Shown here: positions 48,782 to 60,944 of the stretch, in pieces
How the letters are laid out: each line of letters begins with the position of its first letter
Position numbering within the stretch: the first letter of the stretch is position 1
Assembly (NCBI GenBank): GCA_001938485.1
Contig: MQRK01218853.1
Location: 1-64,000, forward strand
Reading direction: 5' to 3'
DNA length: 64,000 nucleotides
Source of the DNA: Girardia tigrina
Lineage: Eukaryota
Position numbers and translations under genes: made by a program
Notes under the pieces: model-generated
The model's input: only the letters and a program-made list of their open reading frames with translations
Databases searched by the model: none
What the model was told of the DNA's origin: nothing

Positions 48782-49221
48782 TTAATCTTGTTCTTTTTCA
48801 CTTTCACTTTCAGTTACAACAGATTTAAATGTTTCTTCAATTTTTCCTTTTCCGATTTCAATTTCTTTTTTCGGTTTCGGTTTCGATTTTAATTTTGGAA
48901 TTGGTTTAGGATTTTCTTTTTCTTTATCCATTATTTTCTTTCCTTTTTTCGAAGCAACTGGAACACTATGACGATTCAAAGATGGAATGCCCATATCTTT
49001 TAACATTCTAGCGAATTTATACTCAGTACTTCCAATTTTTTTACAAGCATCTTTATGGTTAAATCCTAAATCTTTATACTTTTGATATTCCTCTATTTTT
49101 TTTCGTTTGCTGTATTTATATTATCAATTATTCTTAAACGAGAATATTCTCTCGCTAATCCAAAATCGAATTCCTCCATTCTTTTCATGTTCGCAACATC
49201 AGGTGAATTTTTTTTACTCAT
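48782..49221 (-). pseudogene. HTH-like basic protein, frameshifted at an A8 run
   Basis: ATG 49221 MSKKNSPD..ANEKK; one added A near 49100 gives IEEYQKYKDLGFNHKDACKKIGSTEYKFARMLKDMGI. Confidence 0.6.
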
Positions 49222-49244
49222 TTTTTCTTTAAAATAAAATAACA

Positions 49245-49541
49245 TTTTGGTACCTATTTTTTTTTCTTCGAGTTCTCATTTTTGATATAAATAATATAAC
49301 ATTTTGAATATTATATGCGTTTTATCGATAAAAATATTGAATTATTGCGATTTTTTCGAAAAATATAGTGTTTTATCGATAAAAATATTGATTTTTATAT
49401 AACTTCGAAAAAGGTGCGAAAAACAGCGTTTTTCGAGGGTTTTTCGAGGGTCGGATATCGATTTTTTTATAACTTCGAAAAAGGCGCGAAAAACAGCGTT
49501 TTTCGAGGGTAGGATAGTATCCGAGCATTTTTTATACTACT
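49245..49541 (-). repeat. Polinton right TIR (297 bp)
   Basis: Reverse complement of 32295-32591. Confidence 0.95.
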
Positions 49542-51360
49542 CCCCGGTCGCAAGTTATTTCTCTGAACCAAAAGGTTAAGGCAAATCACGCAAATTATAT
49601 GGTGACATGAAATAAAATTATTTGGCATTATGTAAAGGTACAATATCGTTATTAAATAAATCCAATTGATTAAATTTGCTTTTATAAATAGTAGTATTTT
49701 AGATGTCTTTATATTGTGAATTTTCAGAATTAAACGATGTAATGCAAGGTTGTTTAAAGTAATTTCCTAATGTTTGATCAGATGGATTGTACTTCTCAGA
49801 CTCTCGGGGATACCAAGAACAGGTCTGGAAAGAAACCGTATTAAAGTTATTCAAAAAAATGATTCGAATAATAAGTCGATGATCAATTATAAGTTCCTAG
49901 GTTTGTCATGTGGGCGATAAGACCAATGCATTCCCAATCATTAACAAAACAATTCCATTACACATTATTTACAAATTTATTTAAAATAAATCAAAAGAAA
50001 CTTGATAAAATTTTTCTAGAGGGATTTATTATAATATTACTCGACATAATTTAATCAACATTCAGATAAAACTAAATTGATAAATAATTTACCAATAAAT
50101 TATAATTAATAATCAATAATACCATTATTGATTATTAATAGGGACTAATCAACAATAAGTATTCAGATGAACGAAATAAATGCACACACCTAACCCAACT
50201 ATCTATTATTTTTTCTTATGACTTCTCAATTAATTTTCGCAATCAATTATCATCAACTAATCATTATATTTACAGGCTTAACCTTTATATTCATATCTAC
50301 ATATTTACATGACGCCCTGGCTTCTACACCTCGTACTCCTTCACAACTCTTACTTCACTACGTCCTAACCCTGCGTTCTTGCTCAACACCGACTCTTTCG
50401 ACTTCCCTACCTTCAAACAGCAGCTTCTTCTCATACAATTCATCGTCGCCTCATAACGACTATCAATACGGCGGGTCGTCCCTTGAACTCTCTTCATAGT
50501 TACATGAAATATCAATAATAATGATGAAATATTACTATAATAATTAAAAGAAGAAGGGATTAAATACATATATTGAAATTCATCGAATCGTGGAACAAAA
50601 CGATCGTAATCAACAATTAATAATAATAAAAAAAATAAAATAAAAGATAATAAAAGGGTAGGTGTTACCTCGTTCGGGTTCCTGAAATAATAATAGCAAC
50701 TGAGTTCGCGAAATAACTCCGACCGAAACGAATGTACAAAATAATAACGAAGGTAGCCGCTCAAATTAATTTGTTTTGCTTTCAAAATTGTGTTGAACTG
50801 AAATAATTTGGCGAAGTAAATCGGTCAAATATTGGTTGTCGTAAAATTCTGGAGGAATGGATAATTGCGCTTAAATTATCACCTCATGTCAGAACGCACC
50901 GGACGCCGGCACGTGCACTGTAGGCACCCGCGCTGTTTATCGCTGCGACCGGATTTGGGTAATAATTAAAGTAATTAAATCCGGCAAACCACCCTCTGAT
51001 AATTGCTTATACAGGATGTGAGGGGAAAAACAATTGCAATTATCTGCAATGACTATCTGGTGGACTTGTTTGGAAAATTATTCGACGGTACTTTTAATTA
51101 ATTAATTAATTAAAACTTATTATTTTTTTTACTTTTAAAAGACTCAAAAGACCGGCTGCGACTGAACAAAAGGAACGGGCCAAAACACAGGGACCCCCTC
51201 TCACGCCTGGCGTTCGGTATGCTTGAAAAAAATTTAAAAATAACGGGGATAGTCGAGTTAGACTATCCCCACAAATTTTCGCTAACGGTTTCATGCGTAC
51301 TGGGCGTCGGATGAGAAGGAGGGTTTCCTTCAGGTTATTTATTCGAGCCGTGTCGTAACA

Positions 51361-52377
51361 GTTGTGTATATGTTCGAATGCTTCTTTTCGCAAATTATTA
51401 CCTAGTATTGGCCGTAAGTGCCAGCTATACTGGTGTCACAAGCTATTCCTTCATTGTATACAATGTTTTTAAAGTGGGTGAGGTCTTCCGGTGTCGAATA
51501 GAAAGATAGAAGTCTGTCCGTTGTAAAAACAGGTTTAAAGATGATGCTACCTATGGAGCGAGACAAGCAATCGGCTACACTATTTTGTTCACCGGGTAAG
51601 TAAGTTATCGTTCAATTAAATCCTGATAAGAAAGATATTTGGAGTTGTTGCTGAGAGGAAGGATTTTTCATGGTCTTTAAGAAAATCAGCGGTTTGTGGT
51701 CAGTTTGGATGGTACAATTTCACCATTACAAGAAAGGTCTGAAATGTTTCACTGCTGACACGATTGATAAAAGTTCTCGATCGAATGTTGAATAGACTTG
51801 TTCTGCGGTACTGAATTTAACCGAAAAGAATTCTAGTGTTTGGTGTGTGCCATGAATTTCTTGATGTAGAACGGCTCCTGCTGCCGTGGTAGAAGCGTCT
51901 GTCGTGAGGAATAGATATGCGAGTATCGGAAGATTTTCTTGTTCCTTTTTGAGATTTTCGAAATCGGAGAGGAGTTTGTCGTTCCATTGTATCTTGGAGC
52001 ATTTGGGACCGACGCTGATAACAGATAAGTTAGCGGTCAAACTGGATCAGTGTGGTGTATAGCGGTGACAGAAATTAACCGTCCCCAAGAAACTTCTTAA
52101 TTCCGTCACAGTGATTGGTAGTGTTATGTTTTTAATAGATTGTAGACGTTCGGGCAGTGGAGTGTGTCCACTTAATCATGGCTGAACAAATCAAAAATCC
52201 AATTTCTGCAAAAATTTTTATTAGTGATTTTGTACAATCTATTCAAACAAATCTTTAAAATTATTTTTAACAAATTTTTTATCGTAAAATTACTTTTTAC
52301 AAATAAATAGCGAATTAAAATTTTTTACATATATTTTTTTACGATGTTCATAAATATAATTGTTGTGGTACACAACA
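51361..52377 (-). mobile_element. Gypsy element, 5' portion: partial LTR joined by deletion to RNaseH and integrase start
   Basis: 52174-52377 matches 28659-28861; LTTDASTTAAGAVL..YSTFDRELL..VKHFR; RKEAFEHIHN continues at 30175 as LHHPG. Confidence 0.85.
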
Positions 52378-52399
52378 TATTGGTTGTCTATCGTTTATT

Positions 52400-53170
52400 T
52401 CATTCAATAGATATGTTGTCCTCATAAATCTTAGCTTCCGCTCTTATTTCGTCCACGGAGATGTTAAGTTTGAAAACAAATCGATCCTTCAGAACTTGAA
52501 ATTTTATACGCTTTTTCAAAAATTCAATCAAAATTTCTTCATCGCTGTGTTTCCTAAAATTTTCAATTGTTTTCCGAACCCTTAATTCGAATATTAACAA
52601 TCTTTCATTCTCACCTTGACAAATTTGGCTTTGTTTGTTCAATTCTTCCAACAGCGGGACTTTCTTTATAAATGTTTTCTGGAACCAATTTTTGGATTCC
52701 ACATCTGACATTGGTTTCTTACCCTCTTCTATTGCATTCCCCCAAAGAATATTTGCATCATCTATCAACAAATAGTTACACTTTTCAGAGAATGTTAACC
52801 CAAAAAAATCTGAGCATTGGCATATGTCTCTATACCATATTAGACCTTCTTCAGAATCCAATTCATTGTACTCCTTCATTTTCTTCTCGAGGGTTTCCTT
52901 AAAGATTGATGACAGTTCTAGATTATGAAGCCTCAAAACTTTTATTGGAACACCAGCGTGGTCGCCAGTTGAATCTCCAGGTTTCACTTCAGTATTCATT
53001 ATAACAACAAGTAGAATTTATTAATTATTTACAATCTTTTTAGAATACTTAAACAAATAATAATCACAACTCACACTTTTTAAAATTTTATTTATTTCAT
53101 AGCAGACACAGTCTTCCAAAGTATGTTTCCAATTTTTGCTTAAGTTTCTCTTTCTGAACAATTAGCAACA
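52400..53170 (-). mobile_element. LTR retrotransposon 5' remnant: short LTR, PBS, gag-like ORF
   Basis: Minus strand TGTTG (53170) to TTCA (52970), then TGGCGACCAC PBS-like at 52967; gag-like QGENE..FELRVR. Confidence 0.55.
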
Positions 53171-53949
53171 CGATATGAAAATTCCGCAAAGCTCCTTTCT
53201 CTTTTTCAAAATGACAATTTATAATAGCAATTTTTTTGATTTAAATCTTTATATTTGATGATTACAAAACAATTTTTTAAATTTAGAAAAACAACCTATT
53301 GTAAATCGGAATTTAACAAATAAAATTCGGTAGTTACTAAATACTAGCTAGATAGATTCAAGTCGAAGTATAACGATAAAAACGACAACTTTTTCTAAAC
53401 ATATCGTAAATTGTTCATTTCTTTCAAAGAGAAAAAAAATTAATTTTCAATTTTCAAAAGTTTTCAAATAAAAAAAAACTAAAAATATAAAGAAATTTTC
53501 CTCATAATTTTTTTTCCAAATACAAATCGTTTTTTTTCTAATTTTAATAAATTACCTAAATATTTTACTATAATTTCAAATAACGAATTTGTTTTACTGC
53601 ATAACAATTTCAATTCAAAATACCGAAGTCAAATAACAAAGATGAATATAACAAGTAGATTTTTTCTTCATCAAATCGATTTTCATTTCTTAATCGATCT
53701 AATTTCAGATTCCCATTCAATGAATTCAAATTCCAAGTGAGTTTTATTTTTCTGGTTTTTTTATTTTAATTTTGATAATAAATTAAATGACGATTTTTTC
53801 TTGACTCAATTATTTCGTATTGTCGCCACCGAGACGAAAACTATGTTGAATTAATTTAGTTATTGATCTCCATCGGTTTAATCGATAATCTATGGAAAAA
53901 TTTAACCTAAACCGCTTATTTATCTTCATTTAAGTTGTTTAAATATTTC

Positions 53950-54715
53950 TTTAGTTTCGGTTTCATTAGATAAAAGATTCTGATATTTTTTAGTAAATTT
54001 TAAAAATATTTAATAAATTATTTTAATTCAAAAATATTCTTTTATTTTATTTGTTATTTCTCAAAATCGAATAATTAATAAATTATAGCAAGCGAAAAAT
54101 TGACTTTCATTCCTGAATAAATATTTTAAAATCGTCCACTATTAACTGACAAAAATCAAAATAATTATCAATTAAAAAGAATTTTAAAAAATAAGAAAAA
54201 AAATATTTCTAGAATTAACTGAAAATTATTTTTGGAAAAATTATGAAACATTAACTGAAAATATTTAAAAATTTAAAGAAATAAAGGAATATTACAAATA
54301 ATTAAGTATTATCAAATATTAACTGAAAAAAATAAATAAGTTAATTAAAATATTTATTATTGAATTTTTAGAAAAAAATGAAAAGAATTTATTTATCTAT
54401 TTTACTTATTATCAAATTTTTAATGAAAAAAATAATTAAAAATTTTTTTAATTAACTTGAATATTTAATTAAGAAAAGGAAAAAAATATTTTTAAATTAT
54501 CAAATATTACCCGAGGAAAATATTAGTAAGTTATTTAAAAATATTTTAGAATGTATTTTGCTATGAGTGCCAACTAGTTTAAGAGTATAAATCAATGAAA
54601 ACATTGTAAGTCTTAATTTATATTTACTATTTAATAATTTAGAAAAATGTCCAATGAATTATTTTAATTCAATAAATATAAATAATTATTTCTAAAAATT
54701 CCTTTATTTTACTTT

Positions 54716-54762
<47 letters not shown>

Positions 54763-55070
54763 NNNNNNNNNNNNNNNNNNNNNNNNNNNNNNNNNNNNNN
54801 NNNNNNNNNNNNATATATATATATATATTCAGTTTTTATTTAATATTCGATAATTTTAAACTTTTTTTCCTGAAATGAAAATCAAATTTATCTTTAATAT
54901 CTATAAATTTATTAAATATTCGATTTTGATAATTTCTTAAACAATAGATATTTTATTAGAATTGTTTTTAGAAATGAATTAAAATAATTTATTAAATATT
55001 TTAAAATTTATTAAAAAAATCAGAATCTAATTTCTAATTAGACTGAAACAAAAGATAAATTTAAGCAACC
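53950..55070. repeat. Diverged AT-rich long inverted repeat around a (TA)n tract and gap
   Basis: agattctga..aatatttaataaattattttaattc (about 53975-54029) mirrored at about 54976-55028; tcaaaatcgaata (54061) mirrored at about 54917-54929. Confidence 0.55.
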
Positions 55071-56558
55071 AACCAAGTCAAAAATCTTGTTTTCAAAGTC
55101 ATTTTTGTATCGGAGTTTAAGATAAATGGTTGTATTACAATATCGCCACTATCGTTACTGAATAAAGTCATATTTGAAAATAAATTTGTAATTTTAAATA
55201 AAAATAAAATTAATTAAAAAATATTAAATAGTTATAATTTAATTTAATTAGATAATTGTATTTAATATTGTGTCTTTTGAAAGCTATTTTTAAGTAATTG
55301 TACATGTTCCAGATTTTTTTTATCAGCAATTATATTTTTTAGTTATGTCACTTTTTTATAAAATTATTAAAAGCGAACAATTACTTATTCAATGGCAAAA
55401 ATGTTTAAAAAATTTTATTTTATGATTTGAAAGGGCTTTATTTTGTCCATTTTGAATGTTTATTAATGGGTGTTAGTATCTTATAATGATTCATAAAAAT
55501 TGCTCTCGGAATGTGATTTAAAAATTTTTTGTAAAACAAAAAACTTATTTTTTGAAATAGAAGAGATTCTACTTTTATAAAAATATTATTAATCATGATG
55601 GTTCTTTAAAGAAAGAAATTGAAGTTATATTAGATATTACATTAAATATTTTTTAATTTTTATGAAATAAAATAAAACTTAATATAAAAGCGCTTGAATT
55701 CAATGAAAAAAATAATAAATTTTAAAAAGTTAAAAAAAATTTAAAAATAAATATTTATTTGTCATTGGTGGTGAACATACGGCATATTAACATTTTTTGA
55801 AATTGTTAAAAGAAAAAATGTCCGATTATAACATTAATAATAATTTGATTTATCTAACGATAATTGGATTTTTTTTAGTCTTTTAAAACGTCGTAAAAGC
55901 CTTAAATCGATTAAATTGGCGAAAATAAATCTTTTACAAAAGACGCAAAATCGTAAGAATCATTATATTGGAGATCGGTAATTAGAATGTTTAGAGATTC
56001 ACGTTCCGTTAGTCCACACAGTTGAATGAATATTTTGATGATTTTTTTACTAATCGCGAATGATTTACCATTTTCAAAGTTCTATTTTAATGTTTAAAAT
56101 TTTTGTTTACTTAAATTAATTAAATTAAACATTTATTGGGTGTAATTTAAAATGGATCTCTGATGAGTATTTATATAAAGTTCCGTAATCTAGAGAACTG
56201 GATAAGTCGACCGGGATATTTAACATCTTAAAATTTAAGAATAGAGAAAGAAGGGTACACATCATTTAGCCGCTGTTCATTTTGGCGCCGTAATAAATTG
56301 TATTAAAGTAACATCTTTTGTTATAACTAGGGATGTACCGGTTTCCTTTTTTAAAATCCGGCCGGTGCCGGATCATTATTAAAAATTATTAAAAATAGAA
56401 ATAAAAAACCAATTAGGGCGATGTCAAATAATGAACGTTCTTCCGAGAGTTGTGATGACTCAAAATGTGATAATAAGAAAAATTCTAATACAAATTGTCT
56501 CAATGTTCTTAACAGAATATATGTTAATTGCCTAAAATTAATTTGTTAATAATAAATA

Positions 56559-58230
56559 CCGTAATTTCCGCACTATAAGGCGGAAAAATCCAGTATTATA
56601 AGCCGTACATTGCCTGCTTTTCCCAAAAAACATTAACGTATAAGCCGCATGTACAATAGGCCGTATTATAAGCCGCACACTAAATGTAAGGATTTTAAGC
56701 CCATTTTAAATAAATCAGTTCAAAGGAAATAAACTAATAACACTAAATAATATATTCACAAAATATTTTATTAGTTTTCTAAGAAATCATTTAAATTTTC
56801 GTGATACTCAGAATTGCTATCAGTTACTGCATCTGAATCCACAGCTTGATTATTGGTCTCAATTACACCTTGTACGCCAGAACTATTAATAATGCCTGCC
56901 TTATTGAAACCGTTAATGATTGTTGAGGTTGGTATAGTGTTCCAACTTTCAAGAATCCATTTAGTTATAGTAACAAAGAAAACTCTTCGCTGTCTACCTG
57001 TTTTAGTAAAAGTATGATCTCCGGACATCATCCACTCTTCCCAAGTGTTTCTTAATTTGGCTTTAAATGATTTATTGACTGAGATATCTAGAGGTTGAAC
57101 AATCTTAGTCAATCTGCCAGGGATAACCGATAAGACAGTATTGGCACGTCTCAGTAATGACTTTACAGCTTCGGTGCACGCATTGGATCACAGATAAGCA
57201 TTGAGGATGATGTGTGGAAGAACCAACCTGGTCTCTTAATAAAAACTTCACCAACCCATGCTTGCATTAATTTTTCATTCATCCATCCTTTTTCATTTGC
57301 CTTTACTACAACTCCATCAGGAAATTTACCTTTAGGCAACGTTTTCCTTTTAAAAATTACCATTGTTGGTAACTTTAATCCACTCGAAGAACAAGCTAAA
57401 ACAACAGTACAGGATGTTTTTTCGTTTCCCGTTGTCATAATTGGAACTGATTTAGCACCAACCTGTTCAATGGTGTGATTAGCTGGTATATCAAAAGGGA
57501 TAGATACTTCATCCATATTGAAAATATTATAATGATGTATATTCTTCTCTGTAATTTTTGTTTGACAAAACTCGAGGAATATGCTGGCCTTTTCTTCAAA
57601 ATCTGCAGGAAGGCGTTGGCCTAATGTCGTTTTGCACCGAATCGAAAGATTATTTTGTTTCATGAATCTGGTGCACCAAGATTGTCCCGAGAAATTCATA
57701 ATTCCCAATTCTTTAGCTAGTGTCTTGACTTTGAGCCGTATAGAGACCGTTGAAATGCTTCTACCATCTGATCTCATTTCATAGACCAAATTCTTAAGAT
57801 CATCTTCAAGATGTGCTCATCTTGGAGTGTTTCCACGAAAGTTCTTACGAGATTTTTTAACTTGTCTCAACTCATCTTCTTGCTTTCTCCATCTTCTGAT
57901 CATTGACTCATTGACATTGAGATCTAATGCAGCTTTACGATTTCCATTTGATTGAGTTAATTTAATTGCTCTTAATTTCCACTCTGGGGTAAATGAAGAT
58001 CGGTTCATGACTAAAATTGAAATAATTTATTATAGCGTAAACTAACCGTAAAATGAAAATATACCGTAAGAAATTTTGAATTATGACTTGTTTAATGAAT
58101 ATTTAAACAAATATTTAAATTAATTTAAAATATTTTTTTGAGCACTTAAAACATAAACGTATAAACCGCAACTCTTAAATTATGACTCATTTCAGGTTTT
58201 TAAGTGCGACTTATAGTCCAGAATTTACGG
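56559..58230 (-). mobile_element. Pogo/Tigger-family transposon, degenerate
   Basis: TA|ccgtaatttcc..ctataag and cttatag.cc..aatttacgg|TA; HTH (WKLRAI..SMIRRWRK), CENP-B-like HTH, NMDEV, KGWMNE, QPLDISVNKSFK; tataagccg subrepeats. Confidence 0.92.
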
Positions 58231-59539
58231 TAATATTAAAATAATAAAATGTTTTCTAAAATATAAATTTTATAAATGCATTGAAAATATGTTGATTAAT
58301 TAAATCTTTAACAGTAAAAATAATCCTATCATTGACAACGACAGTGCGGACAAGAAGGAAAGCAGCGACATCGGAACTAAAAATGTTTAAATTTTTTTAA
58401 TGTTTTCACTTAAAGAATTTATGAAAATTATTTTGGATGCGAGAACGATATTAGGTAGTAAAATCCAAAAAGTATTTTAGATAAGTAGACTGAAAAATTC
58501 AATTCGAATTTTGCAAATGATTTTGGAGAAATGAAATGTTCAGATATTTCAAAAGGTTTAAAGTTTGAGAAAATTGTTTATTAAATGACTTAATGAATTT
58601 TTCATTTTTTAAAGAAAATATTATTATTTTGGCCCCTCCCCGCACCTTGAAATACCTTGTAGATGTCACTGCATCCTACTATTTATACCTTGTTCTATCA
58701 TTTCCATTATGAACCAGACATTTTTGTGTCTTGTTCAAATAAATTAAATTCTAAGTAGTTAATTATTAATTAATTTCCATTAGGGTAAGCGGTTTCAAAT
58801 TAAATTTATTAATTCGAAAAAACACAATTATTATATTTGTTTGTTTTACAAATTTGAAAATTTTACAAAAAGAAAAAAATGAAAAATAAATTTTCAAAAT
58901 AATAAATTATCATTTTAAATACTTCAAAAAAGGAAATCTTCATTCAAAAGTTTAGACAGCTGTATGGATTAACGGTAATGTAACCGAATCGATTGACAAT
59001 AAATATTAATTGATTTGTTAAAGAATTATGGCGCATCGGGCAGTAATGAATTTCGAAGATATTGAAACGATTCGAAATGCAAAATGCATCAGCGAAATTG
59101 GAAATAATAATGATGATTTATCAGTTCGAACTTTAATCAATAAAACGATGCATCCGTCGGGCAAGCGCGTTCTGAAGCTGACACTTCATCACAAGTCGCC
59201 TACGGTAGAGGAAAAGCTGGAAAATTTAATTAGAAATACGCGACATTTTAAACCGAAGCTAAACAGACAAATATCGATTGTACGCTTTTTTATTTTATTC
59301 TTTCTTCTAAGACCATTTTCATTTGAAAAATTGATTGTCTTAGAAAAATCAATGATTTAATTTAATTTTAGATAAAAAGTCTCAATTTTTATTTTAAATT
59401 CCTATTTCTAATTTCAATCTATACTTAATTTTTTAATCTCATTTTTCATTGTTGACAAATGATAATTTGACGTTACCTACTATTTCATATGTATAAAACT
59501 CTTAGTACAGATTATCAACATTTGTTTTTCATCTATCAC

Positions 59540-60807
59540 TCAGAAGTGCGAAAAATATTACTAACTTTAAATCTCTATAACTCCAAAATAAGTTCACAAA
59601 TTACAAAACACTAATCAACTAGGCTGTTGTTTGAATAAATCAAAATAAAATTCATTTTAGTATTCGTTTTTAAATTACATTTTTCATGAATGTCGTCAGA
59701 AACAGGAAGTCGCGAATTAATTATTCGTTTATTTCAAGAAAATCCACAACCAAATCAGAAAATAATTGCTAGAAAGGTAAAGGTTTGTCAGAAAACAGGT
59801 CTATTAAAATCTTCAATGAGAATTTGAACGTTTTTAGAAAAATTGTTCCGGGAAAAAGAAATGACTTTTCGTGTGCACATAATGTGAAGAAAGTAAAGGC
59901 TCTGTTAGAGAGAAATCTTCGTCTATCAAATCGAAAACTGTCGGTTAAGGTAAATCGTAGCGAGAAAACAGTTCGGAAAATTACACATTATCTGGGTTTA
60001 AAAACGTATAAAGTTCGAACAGTACCAGACCGGAACGCAAATGCGCAGCAGCGAGCCAGAAAGTTGGAATCTGGTTTTCTTGCGAAGAAAAAATGTTGCA
60101 TTATATTGATGAGATTTATGTGCTCTACGAGTTTTCCCAGCTACCTGAACAAGAATTTTACTCTGAAACTAAGAGAGGAGGAGTTTAAGAAAAATTTAAG
60201 AGCAAGAAAAAATCTAAATTTCCCAAAAAAATTCTTAATTGGCAGGCTATATGTGAATGCGGGGAAAAGAGTAAATGCTTTGTTACATCTGGCACAATAA
60301 ATACTGAAGTCTTTGTGAAGGAGTGCTTGCAAAAGCTTTTATTACCATTCATAAGTCAGCACGGAGGTCTTACTTTATTTTGGCCGGATTTGGAATTTCG
60401 TGCCACTATGGTAAGGCAGCCAAGAAGTGGTACGAAGACAATAACGTCGATTTGGTGCAGAGGCAAACCAATCAAATTGTCCAGAGCTTCGCCCAATCGA
60501 AAGAAATTGGGCCTTGCTAGAAAGGAAATTAAAGACTACAAACAAGAGTACACAGACAATTGCAGATTTTCGGAACAAGTGGAATAATGTAGCCAAAAAC
60601 GTGACAGAAACTACAATTGCAAGTCTAATGGTAGGCATTCCGGAAAAGCTCGTAGAATTTATTAAAAAAATAAATAATCTTTCTTCGCTTACTAAAATTA
60701 TTTTGAATTAAACACATTTTTCAAAACAGTCGGTATTTTTTCAATCGAAAATATGGTTTTGAAGGTAGAGGATTTTGAAGTTTGTAAGATTTTTCGCACT
60801 CAGTCCT
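59540..60807 (+). mobile_element. Tc1-superfamily transposon, DD37E (ITmD37E/TRT)-like, degenerate
   Basis: FWPDL..SCHY and NCPELRPIERNW across frameshifts; TIR agtgcgaaaaat.ttac / gtaa.atttttcgcact; left end eroded; D-E spacing not countable exactly. Confidence 0.75.
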
Positions 60808-60944
60808 TAAGTGAAAATCAACTAATCAACTATTTTCACAATTCTTTTATTGATACACATTTTTTTTGATAAAATTTTAAGGGATAAAAAATTTAAAGAT
60901 AATAAAAGAGATAAGAAAAGACCATTTACTTTTTGAAATATATA

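Larger units (their letters stand above)
32295..49541 (-). mobile_element. Full-length Polinton/Maverick (adintovirus-like), 17,247 bp
   Basis: AGTAGT...ACTACT termini; 297-bp TIRs; 6-bp TSD CCCCGG (32289-32294, 49542-49547); pPolB, protease, two capsid genes, integrase and ATPase inside. Confidence 0.97.

Noticed and set aside
50218-51360. ORFs 50218-50499, 50324-50785 and most of 51106-51393
   Set aside because: Compositionally biased, LTR-like DNA; only the first ~10 codons of 51106-51393 are integrase.
59028-59360. 110-aa ATG ORF
   Set aside because: No recognisable motif; insufficient support for a gene call.
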